Assembly: GCA_900548315.1 (NCBI GenBank)
Contig: URJU01000001.1
Location: forward strand, 1-57,135
Source: an uncultured Coprococcus sp.
GTDB taxonomy: Bacteria > Bacillota > Clostridia > Lachnospirales > Lachnospiraceae
Length of the DNA stretch: 57,135 bases
Direction of reading: 5' to 3'
Shown: piece after piece, positions 1 to 9,682 of the stretch
Layout: each line of letters starts with the position of its first letter
Numbering within the stretch: position 1 is the stretch's first letter
The notes under the pieces: model-generated
What the model saw: the letters and a program-made list of their open reading frames with translations, nothing else
Told to the model about the DNA's origin: nothing
Databases searched by the model: none
Program-made: the position numbers and the translations under genes

Positions 1-92
1 ATGTAATAGGTATGATATACTTCAAAATGTAGTGATAACTTGCATATATACGAAGAAACCATCGTAAGGTTAATTTTAAGAGAGGTATCAAT

Positions 93-1121
93 ATGGGAGA
101 TTATAAGGCAGCAGAGAATAGATATAAGAATGTTGAAGGTACAGGATTTTACAGACATTGCGGAAAGAGCGGTCTTATGATGCCGCCTTTGGCACTTGGA
201 CTCTGGCATAACTTTGGAACAAATGACGATTTCGAGAATATGAAGAAGATGTGCTTTACCGCATTTGACAACGGAATAACACATTTTGATATAGCTAACA
301 ACTATGGACCAGTGTACGGAAGTGCAGAGGAAAACTTTGGAAAGATACTCAGAGAGGATCTGGGTGCGTACAGGGATGAGCTGATAATCAGCACGAAGGC
401 CGGATACGATATGTGGGAAGGACCTTACGGCAACTGGGGCAGCAGAAAGTACCTCATAGCGAGTCTTGACCAGAGCCTTAAAAGACTTGGCATCCCATAT
501 GTGGATATATTCTATCATCACAGAATGGATCCGAACACTCCTCTCGAGGAAACCATGGGTGCGCTGGCACAGATAGTTAAGAGTGGAAAGGCACTCTATG
601 TCGGACTCTCCAACTATGACGGACCAACCATGGCAAGGGCAGAGCGCATACTTGATGAGCTTCATGTGCCATTTGTGATAAATCAGAACAGATACAGCAT
701 ACTGGACAGATCTGTCGAGAAGAATGGACTTCTGAAGCAGACATACGCATCAGGCAAGGGTCTCATATGTTTCTCACCTCTGGCACAGGGAATGCTGACA
801 GACAGATATCTGAAGGATATGCCGGCGGACAGCAGGGCAGTGAAGGACGGAAGATTCCTTCATGAGGATCAGGTGCTTGAAACTAGACCTCTCCTCAATC
901 AGTTAAATGAGATCGCAGCCGGATATGATATGAAACTCTCAGAGCTGGCAATAGCATGGCTGCTCAATAAACCTGAGGTAACGACTGTGCTTATCGGTGC
1001 ATCGAGACCTGAGCAGATATTAAGCAACTTGAAGGCTGCGGAGAAACAGGCTCACACAGTCATGACAGAGGAAGAACTGCAGAAGATAGAGGATGCTGTT
1101 GCAGCATTTGGCAGATCATAA
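93..1121 (+). CDS. Aldo/keto reductase (L-glyceraldehyde 3-phosphate reductase-like, YghZ/MgrA family)
   Basis: LGLWHNFG, FDIANNYGP, STKAGY, YVDIFYHHRMDP and FSPLAQG motifs; GAGG RBS upstream. Confidence 0.9.
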   Translation: MGDYKAAENRYKNVEGTGFYRHCGKSGLMMPPLALGLWHNFGTNDDFENMKKMCFTAFDNGITHFDIANNYGPVYGSAEENFGKILREDLGAYRDELIISTKAGYDMWEGPYGNWGSRKYLIASLDQSLKRLGIPYVDIFYHHRMDPNTPLEETMGALAQIVKSGKALYVGLSNYDGPTMARAERILDELHVPFVINQNRYSILDRSVEKNGLLKQTYASGKGLICFSPLAQGMLTDRYLKDMPADSRAVKDGRFLHEDQVLETRPLLNQLNEIAAGYDMKLSELAIAWLLNKPEVTTVLIGASRPEQILSNLKAAEKQAHTVMTEEELQKIEDAVAAFGRS

Positions 1122-1156
1122 TAAAAGATGATAAATTACTTTTTCATACCCCCTCG

Positions 1157-1189
1157 CAGGAGAGACCTAAAATGGTTTCTCCTGTTTTT
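1157..1189 (+). terminator. Rho-independent terminator
   Basis: caggagagacc-taaaat-ggtttctcctg stem followed by ttttt, directly after the AKR gene. Confidence 0.75.
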
Positions 1190-1282
1190 GTATTTGCGGG
1201 GAAACGATCAAAGTACGTGCTGTTACAAAGGTATAAAAGTGTGGTATTATATCACACAGAACCTATGTTACGGAGAAAAACA

Positions 1283-2896
1283 GTGAGAGAATATATAAAT
1301 GAGGCGCTTGAAAAATATATAGAGAAGGGCACATATCCTTGGCATATGCCAGGGCACAAGAGACAGCCGTTAGAAAAGCCAGACGGTGGTATGTGCTTGA
1401 AAGATGATGAAAACGGTGGACAATTACCCCAAAATGTTGATAACATTTCAAAATCCCGGGAAAACTTCTGGAATGGAGTATATGCACATGATTTCACAGA
1501 GGCTAAGGATCTTGATGATATGCATGAGCCGGAGATGTTCATAGCGGACAGTCTTGCTGAGATGAAGAAGGTGTATGGTACATTTGCGACGTACATGCTG
1601 GTGAACGGTTCCACGTCCGGACTTATGACGGCTATCCATGCCACGTGCCGCCGAGGGGATATTATACTTGCGGCCAGGAACTGTCATAAGGCGGTGTACA
1701 ATGCAATCTGCATGCTTGAGCTTGAGCCAGAATACATAGTGCCAGATTATGTTGATATGAAATGGCGCTGTGGCGTGAATCAGTCAATGTCGGACAAAAT
1801 GACTGACGCCTGTGGTAAAGGCGATTATGAGGTGCCGGAAAGAACAGATATATTGGGTGATATATCGCCGGATAAGCTGGAGTGTACGATCAATACAATG
1901 ATAGCGGATGGCAGAAAACCGAGTGCGGTGATCATCACATCACCGACATATGAGGGCGTCATATCAGACATAAGAACCATAGCCGAAATCGCACACAGAT
2001 ATGGAATATATCTCATAGTGGATGAGGCGCAGGGAGCACATCTGAATTTCATGGAAGGGCATGAAACGGCCATGAAGCAGGGGGCAGACCTCGTAATCGA
2101 GAGTCTTCACAAGACCATGCCTGCACTTACTCAGACATCGCTCCTTCATGTGATGAATCCGAAACTTGATGAGAGAGTCAGGAGATATCTGCAGATATTC
2201 CAGACCTCGTCACCTTCGTATATATTTATGCAGAGTATGGAGAAGGCGGTGGCATTTGGTGTAAATAACAAGGCAGAATTTGTCGAGTATGGACGGAGGC
2301 TTGAGATATTTGCTGGAAAATGTGACAGTCTCAGAAATATACGCCTGTTCAGATCATGTGACGCGTGTAAAGTATTTGACCACGATGAGGGAAGGCTGGT
2401 ATTTGTCGTGAGACCGGGAACTGTGGACAGATCAGGACAGATATTTACCGGAGTTATGCTCGCTGACATATTGGCTGATAGGTATGGGCTGATCGTGGAG
2501 ATGGCTTCGGTGAGTTATGTTATTTGTATATCATCTGTTGTGGACAGTGCCGATAGTTATGATATACTGTTTAAGGCGATAGAAGAGATAGACGATGGAC
2601 TTGAGTATAGACTGATTATGGATGGCGGCAGCGCAATGGACATTATATCCGGAAGAAAATCCGCGATGGTTCCTGGAAAAGCATGGGATGAGCCTTCAGA
2701 ACAGGTGTCGCTTGATCGGTCGATGGGAAGAATCTCAGGTGCATTTGTGTATGCATATCCGCCGGGAATTCCGGTGCTGGCTCCTGGAGAGATAGTGGAC
2801 GAGTTGGTTGTCTGCGGAATAGAGACGATGTTAAGAAATGGACTTAATGTGTCGGGTGTGGATGATGGATGCATAGCCGTGTTGTGTGATGACTGA
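1283..2896 (+). CDS. PLP-dependent Orn/Lys/Arg decarboxylase (YaaO-like)
   Basis: HMPGHK, LVNGSTSG, RNCHKA, TSPTYEG, DEAQGAH, SLHKT (PLP lysine) and YPPGIP motifs; start moved to GTG 1283 behind a GGAG RBS; sits before tmk like yaaO. Confidence 0.88.
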   Translation: MREYINEALEKYIEKGTYPWHMPGHKRQPLEKPDGGMCLKDDENGGQLPQNVDNISKSRENFWNGVYAHDFTEAKDLDDMHEPEMFIADSLAEMKKVYGTFATYMLVNGSTSGLMTAIHATCRRGDIILAARNCHKAVYNAICMLELEPEYIVPDYVDMKWRCGVNQSMSDKMTDACGKGDYEVPERTDILGDISPDKLECTINTMIADGRKPSAVIITSPTYEGVISDIRTIAEIAHRYGIYLIVDEAQGAHLNFMEGHETAMKQGADLVIESLHKTMPALTQTSLLHVMNPKLDERVRRYLQIFQTSSPSYIFMQSMEKAVAFGVNNKAEFVEYGRRLEIFAGKCDSLRNIRLFRSCDACKVFDHDEGRLVFVVRPGTVDRSGQIFTGVMLADILADRYGLIVEMASVSYVICISSVVDSADSYDILFKAIEEIDDGLEYRLIMDGGSAMDIISGRKSAMVPGKAWDEPSEQVSLDRSMGRISGAFVYAYPPGIPVLAPGEIVDELVVCGIETMLRNGLNVSGVDDGCIAVLCDD

Positions 2897-3016
2897 AGAA
2901 AATACAGCCGTATTTTGTCAGAGGGAGGTACTGTACGGGTCTGCTGGATGAGGCAGATGATCAGATTATAGAAGAAAGGCATATATACATTTGCAGTGTG
3001 TATAGAGGGTTAAGAT

Positions 3017-3640
3017 ATGCGAGGAATATTTATAACAATAGAAGGACCAGATGGAGCCGGCAAGACAACACAGAGGGAACTTCTCAAGAAGTATCTTGAG
3101 AAAAAAGGTTACGATGTGCTGATAACCAGAGATCCGGGTGGAAATCCTATAAGCGAGGCGATACGTGAGGTCATCTTGAACAAGGATTTCTCTGAGATGG
3201 GATATATGACAGAGTTGCTTTTATATGCGTCAGCCAGAGCCCAACTCGTAGAGGAGAACATCAAACCGGCGCTTGAAGCGGGACAGGCGGTTATAGCTGA
3301 CAGATTTGTTGATTCCTCTGCGGTATATCAGGGAATAGGAAGAGGACTTGGCGTGGACACAGTGTATAAGGTAAATGAGTTTGCACTTCAGGGAATCATG
3401 CCTGATATGACATTCCTTATGGATCTTGACGCACAGGAAGGAATTGCAAGAAAGAAAAATCAGGCTGAGCTTGACAGGATGGAAAATGAAAAGCTTGAAT
3501 TCCATCAGAAGGTCGTGAATGGATACCGCAAGTTGGCAGATATGCATCCTGAGAGAATAGTAAAGATAGACGCTACTTTACCTATTGATGAGATTCATGG
3601 TATAATAACAAAGTATGTAGAGAAGAAACTCAACCTGTGA
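3017..3640 (+). CDS. tmk: Thymidylate kinase
   Basis: FITIEGPDGAGKTT P-loop, DRF motif, YQG; conserved synteny. Confidence 0.95.
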   Translation: MRGIFITIEGPDGAGKTTQRELLKKYLEKKGYDVLITRDPGGNPISEAIREVILNKDFSEMGYMTELLLYASARAQLVEENIKPALEAGQAVIADRFVDSSAVYQGIGRGLGVDTVYKVNEFALQGIMPDMTFLMDLDAQEGIARKKNQAELDRMENEKLEFHQKVVNGYRKLADMHPERIVKIDATLPIDEIHGIITKYVEKKLNL

Positions 3641-3710
3641 TGCATTCTGATAGGAGAAGGTCAGAATGCTACAGACAATGTGAATTAATAATGTAAGGGG
3701 GTTGGTATTT

Positions 3711-4703
3711 ATGATAGATTTCACAGAAATAATCGGACATGAGGACATAATACGCCATTTCAAGAGCAGCATAGAGCTTGGAAAGATATCACAGGGATAT
3801 ATAATAAATGGCGAGACTGGCAGTGGTAAGAAGACCCTCACAAGGGCGCTTGTGAAAACTCTTCAGTGTGAGGAGGGCAAAGCAGATCCTTGTAATCATT
3901 GTAAATCATGTATTCAGTGTGAGACAGGAAACCAGCCGGATATTATCTGGGTCACACACGACAAGCCAAATGTCATATCTGTTGAGGAGATACGTGATCA
4001 GGTGAATTCAGATATTGATATTAAGCCGTACAGCAGCAGATATAAGATATATGTAATAGAGGATGCACAGCTTCTTAATGTGAATGCACAAAACGCACTT
4101 CTCAAGACTATTGAGGAGGCTCCGTCATATGCGATCATTATACTGCTCACGAACAATATAGATAAGATGCTCCAGACTATCCAATCCAGATGTATAGTCC
4201 TGAATGTGAAACCGGTCAGAGAGCATGATATACTTGATTATCTCATGAATGAACTGAAACTTGACAAGCAGAAAGCTGATTTCTGTATGGATTTTGCCCA
4301 GGGAAATCTGGGAAAGGCGATAAGACTTGCCACAAGTGATGAGTACAGGGAGATTAAGGAAAATGTTGTAAAACTTATGAGACATCTCAGGGATATGACA
4401 GTTGATGATATGTTGTTTGCTATCAAAAATATGGAGTTGTACAAGCTCAAGATAAGTGATTACATCGATCTTATGATGATGTGGTACAGGGATATACTTA
4501 TGCTTAAGGTATCCAACAACCCTGGAAGGCTGATGTTTAAGGAATACTATATGGATATAAGAAAACAGTCATCCCATATCAGTTATGAGGGTATAGAAAA
4601 AGTGCTCAAGTCTATGGATAAGGCAAAAGTCAGACTTGAGGCAAATGTCAGCTTTGACATTGCTATGGAGCTTATGCTCCTGACTATGAAGGAGAATTGT
4701 TGA
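3711..4703 (+). CDS. holB: DNA polymerase III delta-prime subunit
   Basis: Degenerate Walker A (GETGSGK), Zn module CEE..CNHCKSC, NALLKTIEE, TIQSRC; lies between tmk and ricT. Confidence 0.9.
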   Translation: MIDFTEIIGHEDIIRHFKSSIELGKISQGYIINGETGSGKKTLTRALVKTLQCEEGKADPCNHCKSCIQCETGNQPDIIWVTHDKPNVISVEEIRDQVNSDIDIKPYSSRYKIYVIEDAQLLNVNAQNALLKTIEEAPSYAIIILLTNNIDKMLQTIQSRCIVLNVKPVREHDILDYLMNELKLDKQKADFCMDFAQGNLGKAIRLATSDEYREIKENVVKLMRHLRDMTVDDMLFAIKNMELYKLKISDYIDLMMMWYRDILMLKVSNNPGRLMFKEYYMDIRKQSSHISYEGIEKVLKSMDKAKVRLEANVSFDIAMELMLLTMKENC

Positions 4704-5611
4704 TGAAAGAGATTATAGGAGTCCGTTTTAGACCGAATGGAAAGATATATTATTTTGACCCACAGAATTTTGAAGTTGAGACTGGCACATTTGTCATAGT
4801 TGAGACTGCAAGAGGCGTGGAGTATGGCAAGGTAGTTCTAGGCAGAAGAGAGGTTGAGGACAGTAAGCTCACAGCTTCGCTCAAACCAATCATAAGAATA
4901 GCAACTGCCGATGACACGAAGAAATACGAGGATAACAAGAAGAAGAGCAAGAGAGCATTTGACATCTGTCTTGAGAAGATAGCCAAGCACAAGCTGGACA
5001 TGAAACTCATAGAGGCTGAGTATACATTTGACAATAACAAGGTGCTGTTCTACTTTACTGCGGACAGAAGAATTGATTTCCGTGAGCTGGTAAAGGATCT
5101 TGCGTCGGTGTTCAAGACAAGAATAGAGCTCAGACAGATTGGTGTCCGCGATGAGACCAAGATGGTGGGTGGAATCGGCATATGTGGAAGGGAGCTCTGC
5201 TGTAATAAGCATTTGTCAGAGTTCGTTCCTGTGTCGATCAAGATGGCGAAGGAGCAGAACCTGTCACTTAATCCAACCAAGATATCAGGTGTGTGCGGAA
5301 GGCTTATGTGCTGTCTGAAACATGAGCAGGACACTTACGAGTATCTGAATGAAAAACTTCCAAATGTGGGAGATTTCGTGAGGACAATAGATGGAAATAA
5401 GGGGGAGGTCATGTCCGTGAACGTCCTCCGTCAGAAGGTTAAGATCGTGGTGACAGACAAGGATGACAACAAGGAAGTTATGGAGTATCCTGTGGCTGAT
5501 CTGAAGTTCAAGCCTAAGAGAAAGAAGAATTCAGAGAGACTCAGTGCCGAGGAGTACAAGGCACTTGAGGCATTGGAGGACAAGGGTGGAAAGTCCAAAT
5601 TTGACGATTAG
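4703..5611 (+). CDS. ricT: PSP1/YaaT (RicT) family Fe-S protein
   Basis: DFRELVKDLA, RIELRQIGVRDE, CGRELCC and ISGVCGRLMCCL motifs; TGATG overlap with the holB stop. Confidence 0.9.
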   Translation: MKEIIGVRFRPNGKIYYFDPQNFEVETGTFVIVETARGVEYGKVVLGRREVEDSKLTASLKPIIRIATADDTKKYEDNKKKSKRAFDICLEKIAKHKLDMKLIEAEYTFDNNKVLFYFTADRRIDFRELVKDLASVFKTRIELRQIGVRDETKMVGGIGICGRELCCNKHLSEFVPVSIKMAKEQNLSLNPTKISGVCGRLMCCLKHEQDTYEYLNEKLPNVGDFVRTIDGNKGEVMSVNVLRQKVKIVVTDKDDNKEVMEYPVADLKFKPKRKKNSERLSAEEYKALEALEDKGGKSKFDD

Positions 5612-6497
5612 ACCGGAAGTGGTTATTAGATCCTGTGAGAGGATAGATGACCTGCAGTGCAAGGGTTATCAGATCATACAGAACAGCGGAATGTTCTGCT
5701 TTGGGATGGATGCTGTGCTGTTGGCAAACTATGTGAGATTTAAGCGCGGTGGCAGATATCTGGATCTCGGAACGGGAACAGGTATCATACCTATACTTCT
5801 TGCTGCAAAGGAGTATGGGTATGAGGCTCTTACCAGAGAGGAGAGACTTGCTGATCTGTGTGTCGCCGACGATAAGATAGCGGGTGATCATCAGGAGATA
5901 GATAGTGGGAAGTGCTCAGATCGTGGATCAGCGGTTACCGAACTGGTGAACGATGCACGGTTTATAGGCATAGAGCTTCAGCCTGCATGTGCGGACATGG
6001 CGGCAAGGAGCGTGAGCCTCAATGGGCTTGACGGTTTAGTGCGAATAGATAACGGAGATATAAAGGAGGTCTCTTGTAACTACAAGAAGGCCTCCTTTGA
6101 CATAGTGACCTCAAATCCGCCATACATAAAGGGCAGTCACGGTCTGGAAAATCCGGATGCTCCGAAGAACATAGCGAGACATGAGGTGCATGTGACGTTG
6201 GATCAGGTGGTGGCAGCGGCAGAGCATGCCCTTAAACCCGGCGGAAGTTTTTATATGATACATAAGCCGTTCAGACTGGCTGAGATATTTGAATGTCTGC
6301 ATGAGCACAGGCTTGAGCCAAAGAGGATGCAGCTTGTACATCCTTACATAGACAAGGAGCCGAACATGGTCATAGTGGAGGCTGTGAAGGGCGGCAATTC
6401 CATGATCAAGATCGATCCGCCTATGATAGTATACAAAGCTCCGGGAGTTTATACGGAGCAGCTGCTGGCGACGTATGAAGGTACGGCAAAGAGATAA
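5601..6497 (+). CDS. tRNA1(Val) A37 N6-methyltransferase (YabB/TrmN6 family)
   Basis: DAVLLA, LDLGTGTG (SAM binding), NPPY and ARHE motifs; start uncertain, TTG 5601 chosen. Confidence 0.88.
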   Translation: MTIRPEVVIRSCERIDDLQCKGYQIIQNSGMFCFGMDAVLLANYVRFKRGGRYLDLGTGTGIIPILLAAKEYGYEALTREERLADLCVADDKIAGDHQEIDSGKCSDRGSAVTELVNDARFIGIELQPACADMAARSVSLNGLDGLVRIDNGDIKEVSCNYKKASFDIVTSNPPYIKGSHGLENPDAPKNIARHEVHVTLDQVVAAAEHALKPGGSFYMIHKPFRLAEIFECLHEHRLEPKRMQLVHPYIDKEPNMVIVEAVKGGNSMIKIDPPMIVYKAPGVYTEQLLATYEGTAKR

Positions 6498-6559
6498 GAG
6501 GCAGCATAAGATATCTATGATTTTCAATACTCAGATGTTCAGCAGAAGAGAGGATATAT

Positions 6560-7399
6560 ATGGCAGGAAAGTTATATTTGGTGGCGACACCTATAGGCAA
6601 TCTTGAGGATATGACATACAGGGCCGTCAAGGTTCTTGAAGAGGTGGATGTGATAGCGGCGGAGGATACAAGAAACAGTATTAAACTGCTCAATCATTTC
6701 GAGATCAAGACCCCCATGACGAGTTATCATGAATACAACAAATACGACAAGGCGAAGGTTCTTGTTGAGAAGATACAGCAGGGACAGAATGTGGCGGTCA
6801 TAACCGATGCGGGAACTCCGGGTATATCTGATCCCGGGGAGGAGCTTGTGAGACAGGCTCTTGATGCCGGACTTGAAGTTACGCCTGTTCCAGGTGCCTG
6901 TGCATGTATATCGGCACTTATCAGTTCCGGACTTTCTACAAGAAGATTTGCATTTGAGGCGTTTCTTCCATATGACAAGAAAGACAGGGCGAGGGTCCTC
7001 GAGGAGATGAAACGAGAGACTAGGACTATGGTGATGTATGAGGCCCCTCACAAGCTTAAGAAGACTTTGGCGGAACTCATGGAGGCTCTCGGTGACAGGC
7101 ATATAACACTTGCCAGAGAGATCACCAAGAAACATGAGACGATAGAACCAATGATGCTCTCACAGGCTATAGCCCGCTACGAGGAGGAAGATCCAAGAGG
7201 AGAATTCGTTCTCGTGATAGAGGGACTTGATGTAAAGAAACTTGAGGAGGAGAAGAAGAGTTCGTTCGAGGCTATGTCCGTGGAGGAACATGTCCAGATG
7301 TATGTTGATCAGGGCATGTCGAAGAAAGACGCGATCAAGCAGGCGGCAGTGGACCGCGGAGTCCCTAAGAGGGATGTGTATAATGCGGTGATGAAATAG
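6560..7399 (+). CDS. rsmI: 16S rRNA C1402 2'-O-methyltransferase
   Basis: LYLVATPIGNLED, AAEDTR, DAGTPGISDPG, YEAPH and REITK motifs. Confidence 0.95.
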   Translation: MAGKLYLVATPIGNLEDMTYRAVKVLEEVDVIAAEDTRNSIKLLNHFEIKTPMTSYHEYNKYDKAKVLVEKIQQGQNVAVITDAGTPGISDPGEELVRQALDAGLEVTPVPGACACISALISSGLSTRRFAFEAFLPYDKKDRARVLEEMKRETRTMVMYEAPHKLKKTLAELMEALGDRHITLAREITKKHETIEPMMLSQAIARYEEEDPRGEFVLVIEGLDVKKLEEEKKSSFEAMSVEEHVQMYVDQGMSKKDAIKQAAVDRGVPKRDVYNAVMK

Positions 7400-7457
7400 G
7401 GAGCCTTGTTTCATTTTGTCTGTTGCAGTGGATGTTGGTATAATTAGAATCTTAATT

Positions 7458-7505
7458 AGTGTCAGGTGCGGATGAACAAATGTTTATATGTATTTGACAC
7501 TTTTT
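7458..7505 (+). terminator. Rho-independent terminator after rsmI
   Basis: agtgtcaggtgc...gtatttgacact stem with G-U pairs on the + strand, followed by a T-tract. Confidence 0.55.
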
Positions 7506-7534
7506 GCTTTTTAAAAATCCTCTTCATTTCAGAT

Positions 7535-7571
7535 TTATCTCCATCATTTTATCAATAAATGATGGAGATAA
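7535..7571. repeat. Perfect 15-bp inverted repeat between convergent genes
   Basis: ttatctccatcattt-N7-aaatgatggagataa. Confidence 0.8.
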
Positions 7572-7612
7572 TAATAGACATGATGGAAATAACATATCCC
7601 ATATCCCCACCT

Positions 7613-7768
7613 TTAAAACCCAAGGTGTGCAATAAATGTTCCAATAGCATAACCTGTGCCGTATATCATAAGTGCGATCAGGCCTATAATCATTATCCTT
7701 CTTATCAATATCTGGATTTGGGTTCCGTGATTCATCCAATTCTTGAAATCATTTCCGTTCGTTTTCAT
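7613..7768 (-). CDS. Small (51 aa) membrane protein
   Basis: Strong AGGAGG RBS before ATG 7768; hydrophobic C-terminus IMIIGLIALMIYGTGYAIGTFIAHLGF. Confidence 0.7.
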   Translation of the reverse strand: MKTNGNDFKNWMNHGTQIQILIRRIMIIGLIALMIYGTGYAIGTFIAHLGF

Positions 7769-7880
7769 AAGCAGCCTCCTAATAAATTTTGTAATTAAAA
7801 GGTAGCATTTATGGCACAAACAGACCATAAATATATGGTTGCACTTGTGTAAACTTGTGGTTGCAGCACGCTATTTCAGG

Positions 7881-8321
7881 TCATTTTGTCAGATATCCGA
7901 TGAATTTTCCTATTTCGTAGCCACCGAGATATATTACACTTACAATGAGTGCGACTAATGAGCAGATAATCAATATATACAGCAACATAAATAATGTCTT
8001 TTGATGTGGGGATAAATTGGACAGAAAATTATTCCATACTAGCAGGATGTTTTTTGTTTTGTATTTATCATTTGAATTTTTGTCCGCATCGTCTGCAGTT
8101 ACTTTTTCTTCATTATTTTCTTTTTCAATTCCTCTCATCAGATAATCTAATGAGACATCAAAATAATCACTCATAAACAGCAGCCTTGTCATCTCAGGAT
8201 ATGCCTTATCATTTTCCCATTTGGAAATCGATTGCCGGGACACATCTAAAACCTCCGCAAGCTCTTCCTGGGATAGATTATTTTTATTTCGCAATTCATA
8301 CAATCGTTCTCCAAAAGTCAT
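7881..8321 (-). CDS. XRE-family HTH regulator with C-terminal transmembrane segment
   Basis: LSQEELAEVLDVSRQSISKWE HTH and FDVSLDYL; hydrophobic C-terminus; GGAG/AAGG RBS before ATG 8321. Confidence 0.88.
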   Translation of the reverse strand: MTFGERLYELRNKNNLSQEELAEVLDVSRQSISKWENDKAYPEMTRLLFMSDYFDVSLDYLMRGIEKENNEEKVTADDADKNSNDKYKTKNILLVWNNFLSNLSPHQKTLFMLLYILIICSLVALIVSVIYLGGYEIGKFIGYLTK

Positions 8322-8346
8322 ACCTTCTCCTCCGTGGCGCTGCCGA

Positions 8347-9480
8347 TCAGATATCCCCATTTATATATACCCTCGGAACCCTCACCGATATGTTGCACAC
8401 GATCACATCCACATTCGTATCAAGCATATTTGCCATGTCCTCGATGGACATGCCCTCGCCGAGTAGGGTTACGGTGTCGCCGCGCTGTACATCCGGGATG
8501 TCTGTGATGTCCGCCATGCACTGATCCATACATACGCGTCCGATGATCGGTGCCTCATGACCATTTATGATGACCTTGCCCTTGTTGGACAGGTAACGGC
8601 TGTAGCCGTCCGCAAAACCAACCGGAAGTGTGGCGATCTTTGTAGGCCTTTTGGTGACAAATGTTCCACCGTATCCAATCTCAGATCCGGCAGGAACCTC
8701 CTTCACCATGGCAACGTATGTGTACCAGCTGAGGATCTCCTGAAGACCTGAATTCTTCCAGTCAAAATCATCAGAAGGAGTGAGACCATAGAGGATATCA
8801 CCGCATCTGACTGCGTCGAGCTGTGCCTCAGGCAGCATCAGTATGGCAGGGCTGTTGGCTACGTGGTGCTTTGGTATGATAACCCCCATCTTCTCAAGTT
8901 CATTTACGGCGTGGAGATATAGGTCAAGCTGCTTTCTTGCACTTGTGTGATCCCCCTCATCTGCCCTTGCAAAATGTGTAAATATACCTGTTACGTTCAG
9001 GTCGTCCATCTCGCAGATCTTCTTTATAGTGTCAAATGATTCCTGACATACCGGGAATCCTATTCGGTTCATACCGGTGTTCAGCTTTATCTGGACATTC
9101 TGTTTCTTGCCGGCTCTTCTTGCAGCGGCAGCCATGTTCTCAGCACCCTCCATTGAAAAGACAGTGAGATCAAGGTCGTACTTTGCGGCCTCGTCCAGCA
9201 TGTCATCCGCTGTATCGCCGAGGATAAGGATAGACTCTGTGGCCCCTGCGTCCCTGAGCATCTTTCCCTCTTCCCAGATGGCGACGGCGTAGCTGTCTAT
9301 GCCACACTCTTTAAGAGTCGGGTAAAGTCCTGCAATACCGTGGCGGTATCCATCGCCCTTCATGACAGCGATAAATTCAACACCCGGTTTCAGTCTTGAT
9401 TTTATGTTGGCAATATTGCTCCTGAGCTTTGCCAGATCTATAACGGCAGCAGTTCTGCCGGCAAATGGTCGGTTGTTCAT
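8347..9480 (-). CDS. alr: Alanine racemase family PLP enzyme
   Basis: AVMKGDGYRHG (PLP lysine), LNTGMNRIG, FTHFA, IGYGG, GFADG and GRVCMDQ motifs; AAGGAG RBS. Confidence 0.88.
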   Translation of the reverse strand: MNNRPFAGRTAAVIDLAKLRSNIANIKSRLKPGVEFIAVMKGDGYRHGIAGLYPTLKECGIDSYAVAIWEEGKMLRDAGATESILILGDTADDMLDEAAKYDLDLTVFSMEGAENMAAAARRAGKKQNVQIKLNTGMNRIGFPVCQESFDTIKKICEMDDLNVTGIFTHFARADEGDHTSARKQLDLYLHAVNELEKMGVIIPKHHVANSPAILMLPEAQLDAVRCGDILYGLTPSDDFDWKNSGLQEILSWYTYVAMVKEVPAGSEIGYGGTFVTKRPTKIATLPVGFADGYSRYLSNKGKVIINGHEAPIIGRVCMDQCMADITDIPDVQRGDTVTLLGEGMSIEDMANMLDTNVDVIVCNISVRVPRVYINGDI

Positions 9481-9606
9481 GGTTATTCTCCTTCTATAAA
9501 AATTCAAGAAACATTGTATCACATATGCATGTTAAAAAGAAGAGAATGAATTTGAAGGGACAGCACCACTTTATAACAGTAAAGTGGTGCTGCCACAGAA
9601 TATTTG

Positions 9607-9635
9607 TTGTCATTGAAAGCCGTGGAGGGTATAAT
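9607..9635 (+). promoter_or_regulatory. Sigma-A promoter for iorAB-paaK
   Basis: TTGTCA-N17-TATAAT. Confidence 0.7.
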
Positions 9636-9682
9636 ATCGAAATATAAGAGAATTTATAAATGACTTGGAAGGTAGTATTGTT

